Assembly (NCBI GenBank): GCA_003136675.1
Contig: PLFE01000140.1
Coordinates: 7,358 to 49,023, forward strand
DNA from: Bryobacterales bacterium
Lineage (GTDB): Bacteria; Acidobacteriota; Terriglobia; Bryobacterales; Bryobacteraceae
Direction: 5' to 3'
DNA length: 41,666 bases
Each line of letters begins with the position of its first letter. The stretch's first letter is position 1. Position numbers and translations under genes: made by a program. Positions 8,730 through 16,817 of the stretch are shown piece after piece. The notes beneath the pieces are model-generated. The model saw nothing but the letters and a program-made list of their open reading frames with translations. It was not told the DNA's origin and searched no databases.

Positions 8730-9123
8730 ATGCCTGATCGTTGGGGCGCTGGCGGTTTGCTGGCACGGATTTCCGCGGTATTCCGCTGACATCGATTTTT
8801 TCCTGCGCTCCACCGAGGCCAATGTTGAGCGCATGCTTCAGGCTATTCGGGAGTTTGGATTCGGCGGTTTGGATATCGCTCCCGCGGATTTGCTCACGCC
8901 TGGATGAGTGATCCAGCTGGGCCGCGAGCCAAACCGGATTGACCTTCTGACGTCTATTTCCGGGGTTGGGTTTGATGACGCATGGTCTTCTCGCGTAGAA
9001 GGCGATTGATGGACTTGCCGTCCCCTTCATAGGCCGGGAGGCGTTGTTAAGAAACAAGTCTGCCACGGGAAGAGCGAAGATCTTATTGATCTCGAGGAAC
9101 TGCGAAAGCAGAAGCCGGAGTAG
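8671..9123 (+). pseudogene. nucleotidyltransferase-like (DUF6036-type) gene disrupted by one in-frame TGA and two frameshifts
   Basis: Intact N-terminus 'MPLSKDLREFIECLNSNNVECLIVGALAVCWHGFPRYSADIDFFL'; stop at 8905-8907; homology resumes in-frame ('VIQLGREPNRIDLLTSISGVGFDDAWSSRVEG'), shifts frame near 9000 ('AIDGLAVPFIGREALLRNKSATGRAK'), and shifts back near 9079 ('DLIDLEELRKQKPE*'). Confidence 0.55.
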
Positions 9124-9130
9124 GCGTCTG

Positions 9131-9559
9131 TTACAGAAGAGGGTTGCGCCACTTCAGGCCGTGAAACCGGGAAAAATCGTTATCCGCGGAATAGAGTTCC
9201 GCTCCATGTTCGATCGCGATGGCGGCCAAATGCGCATCGGAAGTGAGATTCCCGCCGGTGCCCAAAGTCGGGAGAAGGCCACGCAGAAGGAGTAAATGGC
9301 GCGGGCCCGGGTGGACGATCGTCGCCGGCAAACTGTCCAGCCAGGAAGCAACAATGTCAAGAGCAGTATCGAGCGGCAGCGGATGGGTAAACAAACCGGG
9401 CTTGGTTGTGAGGCGTAGAAACGCGAGGAGAACGGTCCAGGGAAAGCCGACTGTTTCCTGACCGGACAATGCAGACTCCAGCCACAACTTGGCCTGCCGA
9501 TTGAATGGCGCGTCGGCGTTTACGGCGTAGATCAGAAGGTTTGCATCGAGAAGGATCAT
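9131..9559 (-). CDS. vapC: type II toxin VapC (PIN-domain ribonuclease)
   Basis: 'MILLDANLLIYAVN...' PIN N-terminus with acidic residues conserved; overlaps vapB by 4 nt. Confidence 0.85.
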   Translation of the reverse strand: MILLDANLLIYAVNADAPFNRQAKLWLESALSGQETVGFPWTVLLAFLRLTTKPGLFTHPLPLDTALDIVASWLDSLPATIVHPGPRHLLLLRGLLPTLGTGGNLTSDAHLAAIAIEHGAELYSADNDFSRFHGLKWRNPLL

Positions 9560-9819
9560 TTCCGCAGGGAGAGCTTTCGGCTGAGTTCTTCATCTTCCAT
9601 CCCGTTGGCGACGGACAGCGCTTTGTCCCATCGGAACTCCTGGCTTGCGCCCATCCGAAACGACTTCTGAATGAACTTGCCAGCGCGTTTGTTCTTCTCG
9701 CCGGAGAGGCCTGCGCGCGCGGCTTCATTTAGGACTTGCTTGAACGAGATGGAACGCTCGCGCATAGCGTCTTTGATTAGTCTTTCGACGTCCGGGTCGA
9801 GAGTGACGGTCGTTCGCAC
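9556..9819 (-). CDS. vapB: type II antitoxin VapB
   Basis: 'MRTTVTLDPDVERLIKDAMRERSISFKQVLNEAARAGL' antitoxin signature; GTG start at 9817-9819; translationally coupled to vapC. Confidence 0.8.
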   Translation of the reverse strand: MRTTVTLDPDVERLIKDAMRERSISFKQVLNEAARAGLSGEKNKRAGKFIQKSFRMGASQEFRWDKALSVANGMEDEELSRKLSLRK

Positions 9820-9821
9820 GC

Positions 9822-9834
9822 TGCTATCATAGCA
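9822..9834. promoter_or_regulatory. palindrome TGCTAT-C-ATAGCA immediately upstream of vapB; candidate VapBC autoregulatory operator
   Basis: Perfect 6-bp arms seen in sequence; CATGATG / CATCATG inverted pair further upstream (9852-9858, 9900-9906). Confidence 0.3.
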
Positions 9835-9926
9835 TCATTTTTTTTGCTGTCATGATGCTTGCCTCCAAAGCGTCTACATGCAGCCAGTTCGCAGGTGTCA
9901 TCATGGCAGAGTAGGGATTTTCCAGG

Positions 9927-12101
9927 ATGCTTCGCTATATCACTCCGCACGGAATCTCGGTTGAGCGCACGTCTTCCAAGTCGAACTATCAGCGTGGCCT
10001 AAAGTTTCTGCTGCGGGATCTGGACCGGCACCGCGGGGTTTATCTTTCATCCGGGTATGAATATCCCGGGCGGTATTCGCGCTGGGATATCGGGTCGGCG
10101 CGGCCGCCGCTGGAGATGGTGGCGCGGGACAGGCAGGTGGAGTTCCGCCCGCTGAACGGGCGCGGGGATGCGCTGGTGAAGATGTTCGAGGCGTTTCTGC
10201 GCGAGCATCCGCATTGGGCGTCGCTGGGGATGAATGGGCGTATGCTTCACGGGGAATTGAAGCCGCTGCCTTCGTTTTTCGCGGAGGAAGAGCGATCAAA
10301 GCAGCCGTCGGTGTTTTCGATTCTGCGGGCGATTTCAGAGGAATTCCGGCATCCGGAAGACAGTCGCCTGGCGCTGATCGGCGTTTTCGGGTACGACCTT
10401 CTCTTTCAGTTCGAACCCATCGTGAAGAAGCTGCCGCGCGGGGATCAGAAAGATCTGCACCTGTTCTTCTGCGATGACATTTACTTTGCCGATCGCAAGC
10501 GCGAGCAGATTGACCGCTATCGTTATGACTTCTCGCTGGGCGATTTAACAACAAAGGGGTTGGCCAGGACGGCTGAACCGGTGGCGAGGCCAGCGAGACG
10601 GAAGGCCGGTCCGATCACCAGCGACCACACTCCGGAAGAATACATCGCCAAGGTCGAGACTGTTCGCGAAGGCATGCGGCAGGGCGAATTCTACGAAGTG
10701 ATTCTGCGCCAGACTTTTCAAACGCCGTACTCGGGAACGGCCAGCGAACTGTTTCAAAAGATGCAGCACACCAACCCGAGTCCTTATGAATTTCTGCTGC
10801 AGTTGGGCGATGAGCAGTTGATTGGCGCTTCGCCGGAGATGTTCCTGCGGAGCGAAGGACCGCGCATTGAAACGTGTCCGATTTCCGGAACGGCGCGGCG
10901 GACGGGCGATCCGTTGCAAGACGCCGAAGCGATCCGGCAGCTATTGAACTCGGCCAAGGAAGAATCCGAATTGACGATGTGTACGGACGTGGACCGGAAC
11001 GACAAATCGCGGGTCTGCGAACCGGGTTCGGTGAAGGTGATGGGCCGGCGGTTGATTGAATCTTACGCGGGCCTGTTCCACACGGTGGATCACGTGGAAG
11101 GGCTGCTGAAGCCGGGGTTTGATGCGCTGGATGCGTTTTTGAGTCATATGTGGGCGGTGACGCTGATCGGCGCGCCGAAGAAGGCGGCGGCGGCGGCGAT
11201 TGAAAGCCTGGAGAAGAGCGCGCGGGGATGGTATGGCGGCGCCGTCGGCGCGCTGACACTGAATGGCGATATCAACACGGGCATCCTGATTCGAACGACT
11301 TACGTGCGGGATGGAATGGCGTCGTATCCGGCAGGTGCGACGCTGCTTTACGATTCCGATCCGGCGGCGGAGGAGCGGGAGACGCGTCTGAAGGCGACGG
11401 GGTTCTTCCGGATTCTGGGCGAAACGGAGAAGCCTGAGCAAGCCAGCGCCGCCGACATGCCCGGCGCGGGGTTCAAGCTGCTGCTGGTGGATCACGACGA
11501 TTGCTTCATCCACACACTGGCGAACTATGCGCGCCAGACAGGCGCGGAAGTGGTTACCTACCGGTCGGGTTTTCCGGAATCGTTTCTGGATGAGATCGCG
11601 CCGGACTTGGTGTTGATCTCGCCGGGGCCGGGGCGTCCGCGGGATTTCGGAGTTCCAGAACTGGTTCTGGCGGCGGTGCGGCGCGGATTGCCGGTATTCG
11701 GCGTGTGCCTGGGACTCCAGGGTATTGTGGAAGCGTTCGGCGGCGAACTCGGTGTACTGGGATACCCGGTGCATGGGAAGCCTTCGCGAATCCGGCATCG
11801 GAATACAGGTGTGTTTGCGGGCTTGCCGGAAACGTTTTCGGTAGGCCGCTACCACTCGCTCTACGCGCTTCGGGAGCAACTCCCTGCTGTTTTAGAGGTG
11901 ACTGCGGAATCGGAAGATGGCGTGATTATGGGAGTGCGGCACCGGGAGTTAGCGGTGGAGGCGGTGCAGTTTCATCCGGAATCGATTTTGAGTTCGACGG
12001 GCGAGGTGGGATTGGCGCTGATGAGGAACGCGATGCGCCTGTTGGCGGGGAAAAAGCTGGCTGAAATAAATCAGGCTGGTTGTTCAAAACAACCAGCCTG
12101 A
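9927..12101 (+). CDS. trpE(G): fused anthranilate synthase, component I + glutamine amidotransferase component II, TrpE(G)
   Basis: N-terminus 'SSGYEYPGRYSRWDIG' resembles Rhizobium-type fused TrpE(G); chorismate-binding core; C-terminal class I GATase 'GVCLGLQGI...QFHPESI'. Confidence 0.88.
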   Translation: MLRYITPHGISVERTSSKSNYQRGLKFLLRDLDRHRGVYLSSGYEYPGRYSRWDIGSARPPLEMVARDRQVEFRPLNGRGDALVKMFEAFLREHPHWASLGMNGRMLHGELKPLPSFFAEEERSKQPSVFSILRAISEEFRHPEDSRLALIGVFGYDLLFQFEPIVKKLPRGDQKDLHLFFCDDIYFADRKREQIDRYRYDFSLGDLTTKGLARTAEPVARPARRKAGPITSDHTPEEYIAKVETVREGMRQGEFYEVILRQTFQTPYSGTASELFQKMQHTNPSPYEFLLQLGDEQLIGASPEMFLRSEGPRIETCPISGTARRTGDPLQDAEAIRQLLNSAKEESELTMCTDVDRNDKSRVCEPGSVKVMGRRLIESYAGLFHTVDHVEGLLKPGFDALDAFLSHMWAVTLIGAPKKAAAAAIESLEKSARGWYGGAVGALTLNGDINTGILIRTTYVRDGMASYPAGATLLYDSDPAAEERETRLKATGFFRILGETEKPEQASAADMPGAGFKLLLVDHDDCFIHTLANYARQTGAEVVTYRSGFPESFLDEIAPDLVLISPGPGRPRDFGVPELVLAAVRRGLPVFGVCLGLQGIVEAFGGELGVLGYPVHGKPSRIRHRNTGVFAGLPETFSVGRYHSLYALREQLPAVLEVTAESEDGVIMGVRHRELAVEAVQFHPESILSSTGEVGLALMRNAMRLLAGKKLAEINQAGCSKQPA

Positions 12102-12103
12102 TT
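12069..12103. terminator. 16-bp perfect-stem hairpin (AATCAGGCTGGTTGTT-caa-AACAACCAGCCTGATT), probable bidirectional terminator
   Basis: Seen directly in sequence; the trpE(G) stop TGA (12099-12101) lies inside the right arm; TATTTCAGCCAGCTTTTT follows on the minus strand, 26 nt after the stop of the Gly/Tyr-rich gene. Confidence 0.6.
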
Positions 12104-12128
12104 GCCACAAGAGAGAGGGACGAAGAAT

Positions 12129-12608
12129 TTAGCGGCGATAACCGAAATGGCTCCAGCCGCCAACCCCAATACCGATCGAGACAGCCGGATATCCATAGCC
12201 GTATCCGTAATTGGCTGGATAGCCGTAGCCATAGTAATCGTAGGGATAGGGGTACGGGTATCCGTAGCCGTAATAGCCGGCGTAGGGATAGCCATATCCG
12301 CCCCAACCGAACCCGATGCCACCGTAATAGCGCCCGCCGTAGTAACCACGGCCGCCATAGTAGCCGCCACCGTAGTAGCCGCGTCCGCCGTAATTGCCGC
12401 CGCGGGCATAGCTTCCACCGTAGTTACCCCCATAGTTACCGGCATAGTGGCCACCGGAATAGCCCCCGTAATGAGCTCCGCCGCTCATTCGGGCAGATCC
12501 GCCGCCACCCCCCGCATGACCACCACCGCCGCCGCGGCCCTGTGCAAAGCACGCGGTCGCGAATGTCAAACTCAAAATACAAAAGAGAGAAAAAATCAAC
12601 TTGCGCAT
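12129..12608 (-). CDS. secreted glycine/tyrosine-rich low-complexity protein
   Basis: Good Shine-Dalgarno (AAGGGTGA) before ATG at 12608; signal peptide 'MRKLIFSLFCILSLTFATACFA|QG'; ~135 aa of GGYG/YGYPYPY repeats; terminator downstream. Confidence 0.65.
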   Translation of the reverse strand: MRKLIFSLFCILSLTFATACFAQGRGGGGGHAGGGGGSARMSGGAHYGGYSGGHYAGNYGGNYGGSYARGGNYGGRGYYGGGYYGGRGYYGGRYYGGIGFGWGGYGYPYAGYYGYGYPYPYPYDYYGYGYPANYGYGYGYPAVSIGIGVGGWSHFGYRR

Positions 12609-12640
12609 AATGTCACCCTTGCTTCCGGTAAGGCACGTTA

Positions 12641-12667
12641 CCTTCCACTCCAGTTCCTTCCACTCCA
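12641..12667. repeat. tandem direct repeat CCTTCCACTCCA-gtt-CCTTCCACTCCA in the divergent promoter region
   Basis: Two identical 12-mers, period 15 bp, between the divergent starts at 12608 (-) and 12734 (+). Confidence 0.45.
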
Positions 12668-12733
12668 TATGATGCGTGGCGCTCGATAAGGGTTCCCGCG
12701 TGGGTATACGATAGCTGTTTTGCCCCCATCACC

Positions 12734-13603
12734 ATGCTTAAAGCATTTCTACTATCCGTGACGTTTGCTTCTCTCGCCTTTTCCGCCGATCCGGAAGTGG
12801 TGGTGCTGTGGCCGGGTGGCGCTCCAGGCGCGCAGGGGACGGCGCCGGAGGATATTCCGAAATACACGGTGTACCCTGCCGCTTCCCCGGTCCACACGGG
12901 CGTTGTGGTGTGCCCCGGCGGCGGTTATCAGGGGTTGGCGATGGATCATGAAGGCGCGCAGGTGGCGCGGTGGCTGAACGCGTATGGCGTAACCGCTTTC
13001 GTTCTGCAATATCGGCTGGGCCCCAAATATCACCACCCCATCGAAATGAACGACGCGAAGCGGGCCATGCGGATGGTGCGGGCGCATGCGAGAGAGTACG
13101 GCGTGGACCCGGACCGCATCGGAATCTGGGGATTCTCGGCGGGTGGGCACCTGGCGGCGACCGTGTCGACGCACGCGGACAATGGCGATATGACGGCCCC
13201 CGATCCGGCGGATAAATTCTCATCGCGGGCCGATTTCGCGATCCTGGCATATCCGGTGATTTCGTTTGGCGCATTCGGGCATCAAGGATCCGTGCATAAT
13301 TTGTTGGGCGCGAACCCAGACCCGGCGCTGATTGAGGAACTCTCCAATGAGAAGCATGTGACGCAGCAGACGCCGCCGACTTTTCTGTTTGCGACCAGCG
13401 ACGACCCCGTAGTGCCGGTGGAGAACAGCGTGCTTTACTATGAGGCGCTGCGGAAAGCCAACGTGCCGGCGGAGATGCACCTCTATGAACACGGCCCGCA
13501 TGGCGTGGGGCTGGCGTTTTACGATCCGATTCTTTCGACCTGGCCGTTACATGTGGCGGAGTGGATGCGCACGCATGGATGGCTAAACCGGCCACAGAAG
13601 TAA
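12734..13603 (+). CDS. secreted alpha/beta-hydrolase (esterase/lipase-like)
   Basis: Signal peptide; nucleophile elbow 'GFSAGGHLA'; 'VVVCPGGGY' oxyanion region. Confidence 0.8.
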   Translation: MLKAFLLSVTFASLAFSADPEVVVLWPGGAPGAQGTAPEDIPKYTVYPAASPVHTGVVVCPGGGYQGLAMDHEGAQVARWLNAYGVTAFVLQYRLGPKYHHPIEMNDAKRAMRMVRAHAREYGVDPDRIGIWGFSAGGHLAATVSTHADNGDMTAPDPADKFSSRADFAILAYPVISFGAFGHQGSVHNLLGANPDPALIEELSNEKHVTQQTPPTFLFATSDDPVVPVENSVLYYEALRKANVPAEMHLYEHGPHGVGLAFYDPILSTWPLHVAEWMRTHGWLNRPQK

Positions 13604-13606
13604 TGT

Positions 13607-13936
13607 ATGAATCTCACGCAATATCTTGGAAGAAATCGGATTCTCCTGGTCTTCACGCCGTCGGCCTCCGACGCGCGGTTTGAAGCGCAGAACGAACTGT
13701 TTGAAAAGCGCAGAACGGATCTGGAGGAACGCAATATTCTGGTGCTCTCCGTGGTGGGCGTTGAAGAGGTGAAGACGCGCTGCCAGTTCCGGGTTTCCAA
13801 AGAAGACTTCGCTGTGATTCTGATCGGCAAGGACGGAAACGAGAAGCACCGGTGGACGGGAGTTGCGCCGATTGACCAGATTGACCATCGGGTAGACCGC
13901 ATGCCGATGCGCCGTTCCGAAATGCAGAGGAAGTGA
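13607..13936 (+). CDS. DUF4174 domain protein
   Basis: 'NRILLVF...ILIGKDGNEKHRW...IDHRVDRMPMRRSEM' matches the DUF4174 pattern; starts 3 nt after the esterase stop. Confidence 0.6.
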   Translation: MNLTQYLGRNRILLVFTPSASDARFEAQNELFEKRRTDLEERNILVLSVVGVEEVKTRCQFRVSKEDFAVILIGKDGNEKHRWTGVAPIDQIDHRVDRMPMRRSEMQRK

Positions 13937-14646
13937 AAGCGGTCGCTATTTGCATTTGCCTGCTTGCGGTGGGGTGCGCGCGGCAAGGGCGCGACCCGTT
14001 GCCGGGGTTTCCACGCTTGATGCTTTGGGCATGGGAACGGCCGGAAGATCTTCGGTTTATCGATCCCGCAAAAATTGGCGTGGCATACCTGGCGGGGACG
14101 GTCACGCTTCATGGAACTCAAGCGGATTGGCGTCCCCGGATGCAGCCCCTCCGCATTCCACAGGGAACCCGGTTGATGGCGGTGGTTCGCGTGGAATCCG
14201 GCGGGAGAGCCGGCGGAAGTGCGCGGGAGGCGGCTCAATTGATTTCGCGTGCGAGCGGGAACGCAGGTGTTTCGGCGATCCAGATCGATTACGATGCGCG
14301 GCTTGGTGAGCGCGAATTCTATCGCGAGTTGGTTCGTGATGTGCGGCACGAGATTCCGCGTGCGATGCCACTGACGATCACCGCATTGGTCTCCTGGTGC
14401 GCTTCCGATACCTGGATTTCGGATCTGCCGGTGGATGCCGCGGTGCCGATGTTCTTTCGCATGGGGTCTGAAAAACTGATGCGGCAGGCCGAGTTGCGCG
14501 CGGCCATTTGTGAGGGCAGCACGGGAATCTCGACGGATGAACTGGTACGCGTGAAGCTGGCGCGCCGCGTGTTTTTGTTTGATCCAGAGCCTTGGACGCA
14601 AGACGATCTAGGGGCGGCTTTATACGAGGTGAAACGCTGGCGATGA
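13933..14646 (+). CDS. hypothetical lipoprotein
   Basis: GTG start overlapping the upstream stop (GTGA); lipobox 'LLAVGC'; no family recognised. Confidence 0.55.
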   Translation: MKAVAICICLLAVGCARQGRDPLPGFPRLMLWAWERPEDLRFIDPAKIGVAYLAGTVTLHGTQADWRPRMQPLRIPQGTRLMAVVRVESGGRAGGSAREAAQLISRASGNAGVSAIQIDYDARLGEREFYRELVRDVRHEIPRAMPLTITALVSWCASDTWISDLPVDAAVPMFFRMGSEKLMRQAELRAAICEGSTGISTDELVRVKLARRVFLFDPEPWTQDDLGAALYEVKRWR

Positions 14647-16775
14647 GGATGCTGCGGGTGGTTGCGGCGATGGTTTTGGGGGCGCTGTTGTTCGGCGAAA
14701 ACGATCTGAATAGTTGTTCGGTCGAACCGCTGCGCGCGATCTTTACGGCGGAGATTTCGAGGGAAGGTCCGGACAAGGATTTCGCCAAGGGTGAGTTGGG
14801 AATTGTTTTGCCTCCTTTTCCCCCGGCTTACCTGGCGCTGGCTTACCGCTATATGAGCGGGGGCCGGCTTCCCGCGGACCAGATTTCTACGCTGGTCTTT
14901 CAGCGGAAGCAGACTCCCGACCCACCCACCACTTCCGGTGCGGAAGACTGGCAAATTGCGCAACAGCAGGTCTTTGCGAATCCCGTCTATGTGAACCCTT
15001 ATAAAGAGGATTCCGAATTGCACTTGTTCTTTTTGAACTGCAAGGAGGATGCGTTTCGCGCGGCGGCGGCGACTCTGCGGGCTCTGATCCGCGCGTACGG
15101 GGTGAACAGCGAACGGATGAAGCAATGGCTGGCGGCGCAGGACATGGTGTTTCAGAACTGCAACGCCGGGCCGGCGATTCCGCAGCCTCTGGAGCCGACG
15201 GCGGATGCGGCGGCGAAAGCGGATCGCGCCTATCAGGTTGCGGCGGCGCACTTTTATAGCGGCCAATATGACGCGGCGCGAACGGAGTTTGCAGTGATCG
15301 GCAGGGATGCCGGCTCGCCGTGGCGCGGGCTGGCGCCTTATCTGGTTGCGCGAGCCATGATCCGGCAGGGTGATTTGAGCGACGCCGAGAAGCAGGTGCT
15401 GGCGATTTTGAAGGATCCGAAGCAGACGGAAGGTCATGAACGGGCGGATCACCTGGAGGCGTGGCTGAAGATCCGGCTGTATCCGGCGGAGCGCTTGTCG
15501 GAGACGGCCAGGGCGGTGATGGAGCCGCATCCGAGCGACTTCCAGCAGTCGGTGATGGACTACACCTACCTTTTCGGTCAACTTGAACAGCAGCAAGGCG
15601 CGCTGGACAAGGCGGCGGAAGGGAACGATCTGACCGACTGGATATTGGATTTTCAACATTCGGACCCGGTGGAGGGCCATGCGCTGGAACGATGGCGAGC
15701 GACGCATTCGACGCCGTGGCTGGTGGCGGCGCTGGCAGCGAAGCCGGATGAGGAGGGGGTTCGCGAAGAGCTGCTGAAAGCGGCGGATGAGACGCCGCCG
15801 CAATCGCCCGGTTATTTTACAGTCCAATACTATGCCGTCGCGCTGATGGCGAAAGAGGCGGCGCGGGCTCGTCTGGATGCGGCATTGAGCGCCAAGCCTC
15901 CGCGCGCGGCGAGGAATTTGCTACTGGCCGCACGGATGCGTTTCGCACGGGACTGGGCTGAATTCTTGCGCGACGCCCAGCGACATCCGGTGGATGTGGA
16001 CGGGTACGACTATTCGGTGGCCGGCACGACGCCTTCCCATACGGCTGACGAAATTGGTTTGGATTCGGATGGGGTTGACGTACTGAATCATTTGATTCCC
16101 CTCTCTCTGGAAGCGGGAGCGGCGCTGGATTCACAACTAACTGTGGACATACGGCGTGAGGTGGCGACGGCGGCGTGGACGAAGGCGGTGCTGCTGAATC
16201 AGTGGGCGACGGCGCGGAAACTGGGTCCGGTGATGGCGGAGTTGTATCCGACTGTGCGGGTTGATCTTGATGCAACCGATCTTGATGAAAACGAGGCGCG
16301 GTTCGCGGCGGTGCTGACAATGCTGCGGAATCCCGGTCTGCGTCCTTATGTGGAAGCCGGGTTTGGAAGGCTGACGAAAATGGACCGCATCGACGAATTC
16401 CGCGATAACTGGTGGTGCGCCGCTGAACAGGACCGCGCGATGAGCTATGCGTTGTCGAATCTGTATGGACAAGAAAAGCCGCGTGCGGATTTTCTGACCG
16501 CGCAGGAAGTTGCGGCGGCGAAAGCGGAAGACGAGGGGGTGCGGGCGCTGGCCGGGGCTCCGGACTTGCTGGCTTCGGAAACGGTGCATTTCGCGAAGGA
16601 ACACCCTGCCGACGCGCGGGTTCCGGAAGCTCTGCATCTGGCCGTGCGAGCGACCCGTTATGGCTGCGTGAGTGAACACACGTCGATTGCCTCGCGGGAG
16701 GCGTTCGAGCTTTTGCACTCCAGGTATCCAAATAGCGAGTGGGCCAGGGCTACGCCGTATTGGTTCAAGAACTAG
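14640..16775 (+). CDS. large secreted hypothetical protein (~711 aa)
   Basis: ATG overlapping the upstream stop (ATGAGGATG); signal-like 'MRMLRVVAAMVLGALLFG'; TPR-like helical segments; the antisense 502-aa ORF is Arg-rich and spurious. Confidence 0.6.
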   Translation, partial: AMRMLRVVAAMVLGALLFGENDLNSCSVEPLRAIFTAEISREGPDKDFAKGELGIVLPPFPPAYLALAYRYMSGGRLPADQISTLVFQRKQTPDPPTTSGAEDWQIAQQQVFANPVYVNPYKEDSELHLFFLNCKEDAFRAAAATLRALIRAYGVNSERMKQWLAAQDMVFQNCNAGPAIPQPLEPTADAAAKADRAYQVAAAHFYSGQYDAARTEFAVIGRDAGSPWRGLAPYLVARAMIRQGDLSDAEKQVLAILKDPKQTEGHERADHLEAWLKIRLYPAERLSETARAVMEPHPSDFQQSVMDYTYLFGQLEQQQGALDKAAEGNDLTDWILDFQHSDPVEGHALERWRATHSTPWLVAALAAKPDEEGVREELLKAADETPPQSPGYFTVQYYAVALMAKEAARARLDAALSAKPPRAARNLLLAARMRFARDWAEFLRDAQRHPVDVDGYDYSVAGTTPSHTADEIGLDSDGVDVLNHLIPLSLEAGAALDSQLTVDIRREVATAAWTKAVLLNQWATARKLGPVMAELYPTVRVDLDATDLDENEARFAAVLTMLRNPGLRPYVEAGFGRLTKMDRIDEFRDNWWCAAEQDRAMSYALSNLYGQEKPRADFLTAQEVAAAKAEDEGVRALAGAPDLLASETVHFAKEHPADARVPEALHLAVRATRYGCVSEHTSIASREAFELLHSRYPNSEWARATPYWFKN

Positions 16776-16817
16776 CGTTGAGAATTAGGGTCGGGCATGA
16801 AGCGATAGACTCATCAC

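Noticed and set aside
8905-9009. In-frame TGA codons in the nucleotidyltransferase-like gene as possible selenocysteine or readthrough sites
   Set aside because: The same gene also carries two frameshifts, and the second TGA lies in a frame not supported by homology. Pseudogenisation is the simpler explanation.
9820-9926. Trp-codon-rich leader peptide / attenuator upstream of trpE(G)
   Set aside because: I translated all short ORFs in the 107-bp leader. None contains tandem Trp codons. The only hairpin plus T-run is oriented towards vapB and has a 5-6-bp stem, so it is more likely a TA operator palindrome.
12071-12689. Alternative frames over the Gly/Tyr-rich gene (12071..12454 minus, Ala/Thr/Val-rich; 12102..12689 plus)
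   Set aside because: They are byproducts of the GGN/TAY repeat. They lack signal peptide and RBS, and one runs through the terminator hairpin and trpE(G).
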